A DNA stretch of 64,000 nucleotides. Source: Octopus vulgaris. Lineage: Eukaryota. Positions within the stretch are counted from its first letter, which is position 1; every line of letters starts with the position of its first letter. A program made the translations under genes and the position numbers. Of this stretch, positions 26,480-40,025 are shown piece by piece. The stretch is from the NCBI GenBank assembly GCA_951406725.2, contig OX597815.1, positions 80,104,001 to 80,168,000 on the forward strand. The letters are read 5' to 3'. The notes below the pieces were generated by a model, which saw nothing but the letters and a program-made list of their open reading frames with translations, did not search any database and was not told the DNA's origin.

Positions 26480-27430
26480 GGGAGAACTTGGTGGTTTTCT
26501 GAGATGGAGTTGTCATAACGAGTTGGTTGTCCATAGGAAGCTACATTAAATCTACATATCTCCCTTCAATGTTCGTCATCTGTTCATATTATATCACCAA
26601 CGTGACAATGATTCAACGGTCAACTAACTTAGTGGGCAGATGATCTACACCAAGCGATTTGCACTTCAAACAGCCATTGCTTTCCGCATTTCCGCAGATG
26701 TTATGGGCTTCTGCAAATTTCTGCCTTTTTTTACGAGAATTATGGCAGGCCATCGTAGTTGGCACGGAGATCCATTCTGTAGTCTGACACACCACTCTTT
26801 CCGAACAGTCGATAAAGGTGATACCAAAAAGCAGTACCTATTTGCCTAGGGTCGTTGCGAAGCATTTAGCTCCCAGTGATCAAGTATTTGCCTACGAAGC
26901 TTAGCTAGCTAGATCGATCGTACTGATCAAAAACCTATGGTCTCTGAAGCCGACAATCTATGCTATCTTTATCTGCTGGCTCACAGAATCGATTATTTAG
27001 ATACGATCCGGATAACTTGGCATTTCCATGAAATCTGGTTGGTAGTTGTTAGGCTGCAAAAGAGTTTGATAGGTTTACGCGCAGTTTGTGCCATTCTTCT
27101 ATCATTTGGTCCCACACAATCGAAATGCGCATCCAAGATGGCGTTTCGGTCGTCTACATACAGTAAACTACATGGCATTCTCAAGAAAACCTCCATACAA
27201 CTGGGAAAATCTGTACCACCCTTATCAAAGTATAAACAATTATTAGGCTGAAGGCATCCACTTCCCTACAGCTCAAATCGATAACCACTAACCTACCTTC
27301 TGAATCCAAGTAGATGGTCCATATCAAGAGATTTACATCCTTCCTAAACAATTTCGGTCGACGTGGAGAAAAGCAGAAAGTTGGCATAAAAGCTCGAAGA
27401 TCGGAAACTGCGGTCTCACTGGTGGCCATT
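26480..27430 (-). pseudogene. Heavily degraded non-LTR retrotransposon remnant (RT C-terminus/zinc-knuckle region)
   Basis: Fragments DKGG.DFP, MDLRANYDGLP, RKCG, EGRY and RYDN occur in the order seen in RLE-type LINEs, with many frameshifts. Confidence 0.35.
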
Positions 27431-28624
27431 ACATCTCTATCTAGTGGTTTGAGATCATTGAGTAGGTAGCCCTACTTCGAGGGTGACCTCAAGCTACATG
27501 CATTTACACTGTCTATTCTAAGCAATGCCATGTGGGACAAAACGAAAGTGAGAAAGGATCGTTTACCTTATTCCTATAACTTTTGTAAATGGTTTCTCTG
27601 AATTTTTTCCACCTTTGAAGGTATTTATGCCTTTAAGATATTATATGTGTGTTGCGATATCTGGATAATTTTTATCTATACTGGAATGCTAGCAGTTAAT
27701 GTAATATCGTTATTGTGTTATGCTTATATGTTGGTGTACTGGTCATTAGTTTTTACTGCTTGTCCTTATAGTCGTGCTGTTAATGATGTCACTCTTAGTT
27801 CGTGTTTGTATATGTAATCTGGCTGTTGTATTTGTGAATTAGGTTGTATTTTTAAAGGTTCTGTTTCTGATATTGGTGGCAATGAGGATGATGGTGTTGA
27901 TAAATTTGTTGCAGATGATGATGTTTGGTGCGTTGTTGCTCAAAGGTTTCTCCTCTATTTGTTTGCATCTGTTAGTTTTTCTGTTGGTGTGTTTTGTTTC
28001 TTTTTTCGTATTCGTACCGTTTTCCCATTTAGGTTTCTCACCATCCCCTTTGCTGCACAACATGCCTGAGTGAGCCCAATCGAGGAGAGGCATGTCTTGA
28101 TGGTCATTGTCTTTTTGTCTTGGATCTTTCAGTTGCTGTTGTTGATGTAATGGCACTTGTGAATTTTTTACGTTTTTTGTTGCTGCCGTTTCCACTCTTG
28201 TTGTTGTTGTTGCTATCGGTACTTTTCCCAGTCTTATAGCGAGGGTTGCAGTTACTGTTGCTGTCATGGCATTCTGTTGTTGTAGTTGCTATGGTTGCTT
28301 GGGTTATGACTGCTGCTGCTTTTAGTGATGTTGGATTTGTGATGCTGGAAGCAATGGTGGTCTTTCTCGACTGCCATTTTCTGCTGTCGTTCGGGACAGA
28401 TAGCTTCAGCTGATTAGTGTTTCCACAATTGTAACATCTTGGTCTTCTATCTTCAGCTACTACCTGCTATTGCAGCCCTCTCGGGATCTCTATTAGGTTA
28501 GGTATTTTGTCCATTGGTTCCGGTTTCATCTGAATTAAAATTTCCAATTCCATCCCAGCCAAATTTTCTTTCCGGAATCTTTTTTTTTATTTCTAGCAGC
28601 GCGCAAGGGTATACTTCTGTAGGA

Positions 28625-28930
28625 AATACAAATATATACAGACAAGCAGAGAAGAGTTGACTGCGCTGATATTGTTATAATACACATGATATCAAGATTT
28701 GTATACTTATTGATAAGTACAGTTATTGATGTGGCTCGTTCAACAACGCAGTAAAGGAAATTGAAAAACTTTTCAAATAAATGTAAAAACCTGGAAATAT
28801 TAATATTGAAGATGTGGTATATGGAGACAAGAGCATTCCCTGTAATTATAGGAGCGATGACAGCAGCGAAGCGTGATTCAAAGCAGAAAATCGAAGAACT
28901 GACTGTCAACACTTCCAATGTTTTAAGTTG
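28625..28930 (+). pseudogene. Degraded restriction-like endonuclease end of an R4/Dong-like LINE
   Basis: TDKQ...ADIVII...CILID...VKEIEKLFK...KNLEILILKMWYMETRAFPVIIGAM. Confidence 0.6.
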
Positions 28931-29482
28931 AAAGAATAGTGCAGATGGTCTGTGGAATATTTTATCAATAAAAATGGAAAAGGCCTATAACCATGCATCA
29001 TCATCTCTACAAAATAGCTTTTTTTTTAAAACAAAAGGTCAGAGATGATTACAGTCATGATGATGATGACGATAATGATGGTGATAAAAATGCTAATGAT
29101 AAAAATATAATCATCATCATAATCATCATCGTTATCATGAACATGATTCTTATTGTTGTAGATGTTATTATTTTCTGAAAACGCAACTTCAATATAAAAC
29201 ATTAAAGATTAACATCGCAAAAACACTTTTTCTCCAAATTACGATATGAAAAGACTATACATACATGCACTTACACACACAACATATATATACAAATATA
29301 CATATATGTGTGTCTATGTATGTGTATATGTGTATAAATTCATTCATACATACACACACACATATGTATATATATATATCTGTATATAAATTATATATGT
29401 AATATATATATATGCGTGTGTGTGTGTGTGTGTGTGTATGAATGCACACACATGTGTGTCTATATATATGTGTGTGTATCTA

Positions 29483-29519
<37 letters not shown>

Positions 29520-29616
29520 CGGGAAGCTTTATGAAAATAAACAAAAGACGAAGGCAGGTGGAATACAAACAGACAATTGTATTAGTATGGCGCTCAGGAA
29601 TATAAATAAAACAAGT

Positions 29617-29652
29617 CTTTTACGTTTCGAGCCTACGCCCTTCAACAGAAAG
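29617..29652 (-). ncRNA. Minimal PLE-type hammerhead motif
   Basis: Minus: cttt-CTGTTGA-agggcgtaggctc-GAAA-cg-TA-aaag. Stem I CTTT/AAAG; core variant CUGUUGA. Confidence 0.6.
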
Positions 29653-29706
29653 ATACACAGAAAAGAAACACGGAAAGAAACAAGGAGAGAAAAAAATGCT
29701 TGCAGG

Positions 29707-29769
<63 letters not shown>

Positions 29770-30049
29770 TACACATGTATACACACACACATATATATAT
29801 ACACAGAGAGAGAAAGAGAGAGAGAGAGAGTGAGAGGCAGAGAGAACACAATGTGAGCAAATGCGTGTTAAAAGTGAAAATATAACAATAAAACTGTACA
29901 GTCCGTAAGCATTGCACTTAGTTATCAACGAGTGTCCATTGTCATTGTATATGCCGTATTATGTCCGCTGTATGCGAAAAAAAGATGCATTTAATCGACT
30001 ATGGCCCCTCCAGCAATCTTTTAACTTTTTGTCTGGTTTGGAAGTTGGA

Positions 30050-30297
30050 GCGCCGTAGAAAGATAGCTTGTGGTATTCGTTACGCCATTTTTTGATTTCA
30101 AATTCCGCCGAATTTGTCTTTTGCCTTTTATCCCTCCGAGTTCGATATAATATAAATATAAAACTTGTTAATAATATAATATAAAACTAGTACTGGAGTT
30201 AATGCAATGAACTTACTCTTCCCCTCAAAAATCGCTTCCCTTGTACCAAAATATAAAGCAATTATTATTATTATTATTATTATCATCATCATCATCA

Positions 30298-30340
<43 letters not shown>

Positions 30341-30422
30341 GAAAAGGGCACCGAGCTTGACTAGTCCCTCCCCACAAATTTCAGGCCTTGTGCCTTTAGT
30401 AGAAAGGATTATTATTATTATA

Positions 30423-30482
<60 letters not shown>

Positions 30483-30658
30483 ATTATTATTATTATTATT
30501 AAAAGGCGACGAGTTGGTAGAATCGTTACTGAGCCAGGAAAAAATTCTTAACGGCATTTCATACGTCTTTATGTTTTCTATTCGAATTCTACCGAGGTCG
30601 ACTTTGCCTTTCATCATTTAGGGGTCGGTTAAATAAGTACCAGTCAATATATAAGCGA

Positions 30659-30689
<31 letters not shown>

Positions 30690-31120
30690 GTTATTATTAT
30701 TATTAGTGAGGTGGTGAGCTGGTATCGTTAGCATGCTGGGAAAATTGCTAAGCGGCATTTCGTCCGTCTGCACGTTCTGAGTTCAAATTCTGCCGGGATC
30801 TACTTTGCCTTTAATCCTTTCGGGGTCCATAAAATACATACTAGAGGAACAGTGGGATCAATGTAATTGATTAAACACTCCCACAAAATTCCAGGCCTTG
30901 GGCCTGTAGTAGAAAATATTTCACTACAAGGTGGGCTTTATGAGTAGAGATACATATTTCTTCCGACTTTTTGCGTTCTGAGTTCAAGTTCTGCCAACGA
31001 GAATTTTGCTTTTCATCCTTTCGTGGTCGATAAAATAAATATCACTTGAATACTGGGCTCGGTGTAATCGACTTTCTCCATAAAATTTAATGGTCTTGTA
31101 CCAAAATTAGAAAGAATTAC
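30050..31120 (+). mobile_element. Tandem cluster of Meta-domain-like SINEs separated by (TTA)n
   Basis: Copies at about 30080-30260, 30503-30645, 30708-30915 and 30965-31110 share GTTCAAATTC.GCC...GACTTTGCCTTTCATCCTTTCGGGGTCGATAAA. Confidence 0.8.
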
Positions 31121-32042
31121 TTTCAGTGTTAGTAGAACTTTAACAGTATAACTGAAACAGCAAAGCTTCTCATTAAATGCTTTACAAGGCTTTCGCTTTT
31201 GTTAATTTATGCTCTGAATTCAAAATTCAACGAGGGTCAATTCCTTTTTTTTTCTTTTTTTTTGTGTATGTGTGTCTTTCTCTTTCATTCTAAGTGAAAA
31301 TGCGCCACAAAACTGCAAAAATTATATAGAAATTTAAAGTTCGTATAAACTAAAAGAATGTAAAAAGCAAACAAGCAAACAAAACTGGTTATGATAGTCG
31401 GCTCACGCATTTCAATAACAACGAAACAGTTTGACAGCGGTGAAAAGTATGAAGAAATCACTGGCTTCAATATAAGATTTAAAAAATATAATGAAAATAA
31501 GCCAAAAATTTTTGATTAATATTCTTTTCGGCGAAATGCGATTTGAGCATTTATAAATTCGGTTAATTGTATTCAGCCAAGCGCTGTGGGCGAAGTGTTT
31601 TTTTTTAAAGGGGACTTGTGTTTCTCGCGTTATTACAGAAGATAATAAAGATTGATCTTTTTGCGTTATTGAAATTTAAACTACGTTTGCAGCAGCGTAT
31701 TTTCAGATTGAGTTTTTTGTTTTATTTTCCCGTCTATTTATTACCCTGTTTTATGGGCTGAACCTATGAACCTATGAGTTCAGTTGTACACAGGATAAAA
31801 AGAAAAACAAAATAGAAATTAAGAGAGAAAATTTTGCACTTTTCTCCCCCTTTTATTCCGCATTGTCTCTCTACTGCTTCAGCTCCTCTCATTTCGTATC
31901 ATTTTCATGCGCTTGTCTCTACCTATCCCTCTCCTCTATTTCCCTTTGGTATTTTTCTCTTTCCCCAAAACCTTATATTTTCAAACTAGCTTCTTTCATG
32001 TTTCGGAAATATATAATTAGCTGAGCATTAACACACCGCAAA

Positions 32043-32083
<41 letters not shown>

Positions 32084-32171
32084 GTATGTATGTATATGTA
32101 TGTATGTATGTATATATATATATATATATATATGGTAAGAGATGGTCGTATGTATACATACATATATATAT

Positions 32172-32217
<46 letters not shown>

Positions 32218-32271
32218 TGAGAGAGAGAGTGGTATGTAATAGATCGTGGTTTTATTATTGAAATAAGAATT

Positions 32272-33445
32272 TCTAATTTTGGCACAGAACGAGTAATGTT
32301 GAGGGGCTGGGATTGTTGATACCATCGACCAGTAGATGACTGGTACTTTAGTTTACTTAACACATAGGGATGAAAGGTAAAGTTGACAGCCGCGGGATTT
32401 GAACTCAGCATGTTAAAATACGAGGAAAATGTCGTAATGCATTTTTTCAATGCTGTAACGATTCTGCCAGCTCACCAACTTTTAGTTATTCTAATAATCT
32501 TTTCTACTCTAGGCTCAAGTCCCGAAATTTTGGGTGACAGTCAATTAGATCAACCCCAGTGCGCAACTGCTACTTAATTTATCGACCTCGAACGATTGTA
32601 AGGAAAAGTCGACAAAGTAACGCTAAGCATTTCGTCCGGCGTGCTAACGTTTCTGCCAATTCGCCGCCTTAATGATTTCAAATTTTTGTCGCAGGGGCAG
32701 CTTGGAGGTGGGGATTAAGTCGATTACATCGACGCCAGTACGCAAATGGTACTTAATTTATCGACCCCGAAAGGATGAAAGGCAAAGTCGACTTCGGCGG
32801 AATTTGAACGCAGAACGTAGCGGCAGACAAAAATATATATTTCTATTTCTTTACTATCCACAAGGAGCTGAACACAGTGAGGACAAACAAGGACAGACAA
32901 ACGGATTAAGGCGGTTACATCGACCTTAGTGCGTAACTGGTACTTAATTTATCGACCCCGAAAGGATGGAAGGCAAAGTCGACCTCGGCGGAATTTGAAC
33001 TCAGAACATAACAGCAGACGAAATACAGCTACGCATTTCGCCCGGCGTGCTAACGTTTCTGCCAGCTCGCCGACTTAGTTATTCTAATAATAGACAATGA
33101 AAACAACAACGCGGTTCTAAAAAAAGCACAACGCTGGAAATTTAAGGAAGGCGTTTAGTCTATTAAATTGACTTGCTACTAAACTAGTGCTTTACTTTAT
33201 CGACCCCGTGGGGATGAAAAGATTGCAAATGACCTCAACAGATTTTGAACTCAGAACATAAAGGGACGTAACTAAAAATTGATTTCAGATTTTGGCACAA
33301 GGCCAGCAATTTTTGGGAACGAAATAAGTCAAAAATAAATCAATTCCACTACTTGACTTTTACTTTATCTATTAACCCGAAGGAAAGAAATACGTAGATG
33401 ACCTCAACAGGTTTTGAACTCAGAATGTAAAGGAACGTAGCTTAA
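32272..33445 (-). mobile_element. Tandem cluster of Meta-domain-like SINEs (best copy about 32845-33074)
   Basis: Six or more head-to-tail copies of the same unit as at 1791-2308. Confidence 0.85.
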
Positions 33446-34376
33446 TATTGCAAGGACATTTTATATTTGAAAGCTATGTTCCCCGTCCATCAGTTCTGAC
33501 AATCCACGTTAATAATATCTATATGTAGTACTTCGGATGTTATTGCGATTATTGTTGTTGTTCTTGTTGGTGCCGTTAGTGGTGAATATAAGAGAATATA
33601 GGAGCGGTAGTAGCAGTATCAGCAGGAAATGGAGCAGTAGAAAGAGGAGAGGTAGGAGAGGGGTAGGTGCAAGTGGTAGTGGCTGGATTCGTTGTTTTGG
33701 TTGAATGGTTTGAATAAACAAATGCATTGGGTGATTGGTTGGTTGGTCGATAGATTAGCAGGAAAAGCACTTTGACGGCGATGGCGTATTGGTTGGTGAT
33801 TGTGTAAAGAAAAACGAGAATTGTTGCTGGGAATGGTGTTGGTTGTGGTGATAGCAGTGGTGCTTATGGTCGTATTTGAAAAAAGATGGTCTGATGAGGA
33901 GTGCAATGATGGTGAAGGTGTTTGTAGTAGCGTTGGTGGTTATTGTAGTCACAATATCGATGGCCTTTGTTGGCTTCCCTACGCACTCTCTCGCTCTCAC
34001 CCTGACTGTGGGTCTCTGACTGCCTCTCTCTCTCTGTGTCACATACACACTCACAGACACCTACATACGTGTGTGCACACACGCATACACATATATATAT
34101 GAAATTAGAGAGAGAGTGAGCGACAGAGGGAGGGAGAGAAAGAGAAACTAAAATGTGTGATAGAGGTGTATGGAGAAAAATAAAAAGGTTCCTCGTATGG
34201 AATTTATTTCATGCACCATTGTTGGCGCCTTACAAAGGAAGAAAAGCATTTAACAAACAGGCACACATTAGGTGGTATTTTTTTTTCAGGGATAAGTGGG
34301 GAAGATGGATCTAAACAAGAGAAAAGACATAAATAGGTTAGAAACGAAAGAGAAGAAAGGGCTCCTGTGTAAACAG

Positions 34377-34478
<102 letters not shown>

Positions 34479-35026
34479 GTGTATGTATGTATGTATGTAT
34501 GTATGTATGTATGTATGTATGTATGGGTGTTGAATAGGTAATAACACCTCTCCACAGCTTACAGTCGCTGTCATGTTAAGAGCGGTTAGAGCCTGGTTTA
34601 GTTCATCTATGAAAAATATTCCGTACTTTTATCTCTTAATGCTTACACCCTTGTGTTATCCTTTGTAATAACTTCGGTTGTTCAGCTAAACATAACGTGA
34701 ATATGTTATATAGAAGTAGAGTGACGTCGATGGATTTACACTTATTTGCCTATTTGGAACAGAGGTCAACCGCTCAGTGATGGAAACTACAGCTCAAGTG
34801 TCGGTAGTTTAATCGTTAATTATAGAAACAGTGAATCCGTCGCAGGGATGCGGGTTGCTTTTTGTGTCAAGTGACGTTAGACCTAATACTTATGCCCTCA
34901 CACAATATAATTTACATTAGATTCCCATGTTTGTGTTTTATTTCAAATAATAATTAACTACTGCACAATATATACCCATATATGTTAAACATTCACAATA
35001 CCACTTTGCCTGTTTGTTTGTCTGTT

Positions 35027-35058
<32 letters not shown>

Positions 35059-35087
35059 TGTATGTATGTATGTATGTATGTATGTTT

Positions 35088-35636
35088 ATGTCAGGTCACT
35101 TTCGAGTGCTACTGGTAACATGTAACCCAGTACAACCTGTTGCATGGTCGGGTCGTCGGCGACTAAACCGGCAACCCCACCAAGCTTGCTTGGTGAGAAG
35201 GTTGTTTACTGGATACCCTACAGGATGAAAAACAAAACCCGTCAAAGAGCGGAGGAGCTCTTGAGAGTCAACAGCCATCCAATAAATGTCTTAAGGCTGT
35301 ATCATGCGCGGGAACATAGAAATAATCGGACTGAATACCCGATCACGCGGTTAAACCATTGGGGGTGAAGGACTCTTAGCCTTTGTTAGGGCATCCTTCT
35401 AGGAGAAGGTAACTCAGGTAACAGGGATAACTCCGACATAAACCCTGCGGCTCAGTAGTTACCGATGATGTTGACTTGTTCTTCTTTTCGGATTATGGCT
35501 GCTGTTGCTTAGTGAGTGGGATTGATTCAGTGCACAGCCTCACTTTAAAAAAAATCTTCTTGCACGGGCATTGCCCGATAACGACATTGATTAAGCTTTG
35601 TGCAATGGCCATACTCGATAACGAGAGGGCAGCCAC
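35088..35636 (+). mobile_element. ~550-bp non-coding retroposon embedded in (TATG)n
   Basis: GC-richer island flanked by (TATG)n on both sides. A 5'-truncated inverted copy lies at 39686-40025, also ending in (TATG)n. Motifs such as GGCAACCCCCACC and GGAGAAGGTAACTC resemble RTE 5' UTRs (inference). Confidence 0.75.
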
Positions 35637-35711
35637 TATGTATGTATGTACGTATGTATGTATGTATTTATGTATGTATGTATGTATGTATGTATGTATG
35701 TATGTATGTGT

Positions 35712-36950
35712 GTCATTATTCAGTGTTATTTCAAGATTTCTGGCCAATAGTGAAAGACTCGTTTTCTAACCTAGATCCAAGGCTCCTTCATTGGAATTTC
35801 AACTATATCAATAGGGTATTTTTCTATGTATGTACATTAGCAGATTTATCTTCGCATGCATATACTTGCATATCTAGACATGCTCATATACACTTAAATA
35901 ATAAACTTCTGAAAGATTTTACAGATTTTTACAGTTCCAGTATTGGTTGGATATGTGGTCTTCGAATCAGCTTTCTTCTTTCTGATTTTGAGAAGCTTAA
36001 TTTCTCAAGATTGGTATTTAGGTAGTGCGTTACATATCCCAGGACCCCAATAATTACAAGTATAAATCTGAACTTGCAATCTGGATAGAGTAACTACAGA
36101 TTTCTCAATAGTTCAACATAGGTATTTTCTTTTTCACTGATCTTCAGTTTCGTGTTAACATCCGCTGGGCCGCTGATTTACACAACTGAACACAATTTCT
36201 CTTCTCTGTCTTAAATCATTATATCAGCTCTGTTGTGCTTACGTTTTATTGAGGTTTTCACTGGGACATTCCACTAGCACTTCTTTTTATTATGACTGGC
36301 TATGGCTTTTACCATGCTGTAGGTTCTTATTTCTTTATCCTCGGGGTTATCTTTCCGACGGATTTCATTATATAGTGTCCCAGCTACAACATCAAGTCTC
36401 ATTGGTATATAATGCCGAGATGATGTTTTCGGACAACTGCTTATGATGTGGGTGATATCTCCGGTGTTAACTCCACAAAGTTTGCATTGGTTGTCACGTT
36501 TTACTATTTTTCCTGCATCTCTATTCCTTTTGTGCATCAGGTATTTGGTTGATATTTGCTGTTCCTGGATCGCAAAATCATACCCTTCAAAGTGTGAGGT
36601 AGTAAACCAGTTATTGGTCTATGATAGACTGCTTTGATGATCAATGTTACTATCGTCTCTGAGCTTTTTACTTATATTTCCGTGCATGGTCTTCTGTTCA
36701 CATATGCCCATCCTTTCATCTGACGATACATTGCGGTAGAGTGGAATAGCTTCTTTGGGCATGTATTTAAAGATACCATACAATGAATGTTGCTCAAGGA
36801 GCTGCTTTCCAAGCTTTATGATGTTATCAGCCTCATGTATGCAAATTTGGTCAAGAAATGTATTTTAACTTGGTGGTTAAAAGATGTTGCCGAGGGGATA
36901 TGATACGGCATTCAAAGAGCATTTTGGATCAATGTCTAGCCTCTGCGACG
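35712..36950 (-). mobile_element. 5'-truncated R4/Dong-like LINE (CCHC knuckle plus restriction-like endonuclease), degraded
   Basis: MHG..., FEGY.FAIQEQQISTKYL, CKLCGVNTGDITHIISSC...MRLDVVA, KHNRADIMI, DVNTKLKISEKENTY, VIIGVLG. The 3' end runs into (CATA)n. Confidence 0.85.
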
Positions 36951-38084
36951 TTTTTTTTTGTCATTTTATGTGGAAATTATGTCTGCTTGTTAGTATTTTC
37001 CGGGTTTTCTCATCAATGGTTTGGATCTCATCAACGTATGTATTTATGTATGTATCTGTCTGACTATCTGCTTAAGCCTCTAGAAAGAATTCACTAATTC
37101 ATAAACTTTCTTATGAATCCAGTGGAAGATGTTTGGGTGTGTTGCAGTTGCACTATCACTGCCAATACCACCCCACTACCACCTCTACTTTTACCAACAA
37201 TCCCATCATTATAACGTCAACAACGAGAGCAATCCTTACAACCAACCAACTTAGATGTGGAGGCAGTAATCTTTATAAGAATATCTATAGTTTGAAAGGT
37301 TCGCGAAAAAGTCGCAGAAAAAAGAGGAACCGAGTTAACAGGAAAGCAAATTATAACATGTTTATAATTATATATATTTTCATTACGGGTCAATTGCATT
37401 TTGGATTTCTCTGTTATGCAATGAAATTAGGTCAGTTTAATAATTGGATTAGGTATACAGCTGAGTTTAGAGGGATATCGAGGTTAGATTAGCGTTAGGC
37501 TTTTTAACAAAGAAAATATCATTTCAAAACCATATTGAATTAATAATGGAAACAATTCATTAAACTTATCACAATGGGTACGTTGTTAATTTATTAATTG
37601 AATATATAATAAATAATTAAAACATGCTATCAAAGACATCGTAAATAGAAACAAAATATTATAATGGTGACTAATACACGAAGTTTAAATAATGACTAAT
37701 GCATGAAATTAGTATTTTATGACTAAACTTAACATATGTAGGTATTATAGTTTAACTGTTTTATAGCAGAAGTAAAAACGTTTAGTGCTGTTTCATTTTT
37801 ATATAAATTCCCATTATGGATGAAACAATAGAAAATTAACTGACTGAGCATTACTCTATTCTGTACCGGTGTAGCAGTCAATTTCTTTCCCACTGGATGA
37901 AATTCCCCCCGGAAAAATTTGCCTGGGGTGAATTTCCTCCCTTCGGAAAAAGTGCCTGGACAAATTTTTCTCCTGGGGAAATTTCATCCTAAAGAAAAAA
38001 TTCTCACCTCTTGGCAAAAGTGACCCCCTTCGTAATTCAGAACATAATCTATGTATGAAGTTTAGAAGAAGTATTATATTACAA

Positions 38085-38134
<50 letters not shown>

Positions 38135-38173
38135 ACATCTGTAATATGATATGTGACGATTAGTCGGTTGCCA

Positions 38174-38236
38174 TAATAAAACTCAGAGTTTCGGATGTCG
38201 GGGCAGAAGTGTGCTCCGGCATCTCGTCAGTTATTA
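38174..38236 (-). ncRNA. Type I hammerhead ribozyme
   Basis: Minus: taataa-CTGACGA-gatgccgg...ccgacatcc-GAAA-ctctgag-TT-ttatta. Confidence 0.8.
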
Positions 38237-38571
38237 AGACAAACAAAAATGCAATGAAAACGACCGTTAAATAAAGGGAAGTTACTATGAAGATGACCGT
38301 TATTGAGACAAACAAAAGACCTGTGAGAATGATCCGAATAGGGAGAAAGAAAAAAACTCGAAGAAGGAAAACCCACGCTCATAGAATCCGCACACGTGGA
38401 TTCTATGAGCGTGAGCTTACCTTCTTCGAGTATTTTACTTTCTCCCTATTCGGGTAATTTCCCTTTATTTAACTGTCATTTTCGTTGCTCTTTCGTTTGT
38501 TTCAATAACGGTCATCTTCATAGTAATTTACCTTTCTTTATCGGTCATTTTCATAGCATTTTTGTTTGTCT

Positions 38572-38633
38572 TAATAACTGATGAGATGCCGGAGCAGACT
38601 TCCGCCCAACATCCGAAACTCTGAGTTTTATTA
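38572..38633 (+). ncRNA. Type I hammerhead ribozyme
   Basis: taataa-CTGATGA-gatg...catcc-GAAA-ctctgag-TT-ttatta, with a 6-bp stem I. Confidence 0.8.
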
Positions 38634-39685
38634 TGGCAACCAACTAATCGTCACATATTATATTATAGATAAATTCCTCTATTTACATAATGTCGAGGGC
38701 TCATTCATTCTTTTGTTGTCATTTATTATTATTAATATATATACATACATACATACATACACACTCACACACATACACACACACACACACACACATATAT
38801 ATAAACAATATGTAATTGCGTGTTTATACATGGTAATAAAATAAATATCTTTCATCAAACGCTAGATTTTTTTGTCTTTTGTGATCTTGTCTTGGTATAT
38901 AGACATAACGGTTCCATTTATTCTTGAAGATTTTTTTTACCCACACATTCAACGTGTGGGTAATCCAAACCCTAAACCCTAACTCTAACCTTAAACCGCA
39001 CCTCCAACTAATTCTAAGGCCTAACCTGAAAAATTTACCTGGGATGAATTTCGTACTCCACTATGTTATTCTTCATTACCAATCAAATTATTGATTAATA
39101 CATTCTGGAAGGAGGAAATTAAGCCACGAGGGTGGGGAAAATATTCTAGGCAAAACTTCCCCAGGGAGAAATTTTAGAAGGGGGAATTTCATCTTAGTAC
39201 ACTGGAAAGACAAAATTCATATTACTGTATCACATACTACTAATTCTAAGTAAGCAACAGCATACAACAAATGGTACAATACTATTGATAACACAACTAT
39301 CAAAGTCGACACATGGTCTCTAAAACCACATTATTACAGTTTGTTTAAATATAGAAACCTTCATTTGATGCTTCAGTCGATCAAAATTTTGGTAATGTTT
39401 CTCGAAGCAACCATTCTCAAATCCGTTGATTTTTTCGTATCCATGACCTACATATCCATGACACGTCAGTATCTTGTCACAGTCATAATGCAGAATGTTA
39501 ATAGTTTGGCATTCCAGCTGGTTAAATGCAACCACCATAAAGATCATGCCGTAACAAAACCTCACGAAATGTTATATTTGGTATAGTGAACACATCAACA
39601 TATGAAATAATACTAGTATTGACACTAGTTTCATATACATGTATGTGTGTGTGTGTGTACAGATACATACATACATACATACATG

Positions 39686-40025
39686 GTGGCTGCCCCTCGT
39701 TATCGAGTATGGCCATTGCACGAAGCTTAATCAATGTTGTTAACGTGCAATGCCTGGGCAAGAAGATTTTTTTAAAGTGAGGAAAGGCTGTGCACTGAGT
39801 CAATCCCACTCACTAAGCAACAGCACCCATAATCCGAAAAGAAGAACAAGTCAACATCATCGGTAACTACTGAGCCGCAGATTTTATGTCGGAGTCATCC
39901 CGGTTACCTGAGTTACCTTCTAGAAGGATGCCCTAACAAAGGCTAGGAGTCCTTTCTTCCAATGGTTTAACCGCGCGATCGGGTATTCAGTCCGATTATT
40001 TCTATGACCCCGCGCATGATACAGC
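39686..40025 (-). mobile_element. 5'-truncated copy of the 35088-35636 retroposon
   Basis: Reverse complement of about 35296-35636 with scattered substitutions. Confidence 0.85.

Larger units (their letters stand above)
38137..38670. mobile_element. ~530-bp palindromic element with terminal hammerheads
   Basis: The arms fold back around ATCCGCACACGTGGAT (about 38393); one ~19 nt indel and scattered mismatches. Confidence 0.9.
37865..39204. mobile_element. MITE-like element with subterminal AAATT-C-rich repeats and telomere-like internal motif
   Basis: CCGGTGTA...GATGAAATTCCCCCC on the left; GGGGGAATTTCATCTTAGTACACTGG on the right; AACCCTAAACCCTAACTCTAACCTTA at about 38968. Confidence 0.55.

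Noticed and set aside
27780-28500. Thr/Gln-rich minus-strand ORF, possible LINE ORF1 with zinc knuckle
   Set aside because: Low complexity (CAA-rich); a knuckle appears only if frameshifts are assumed.
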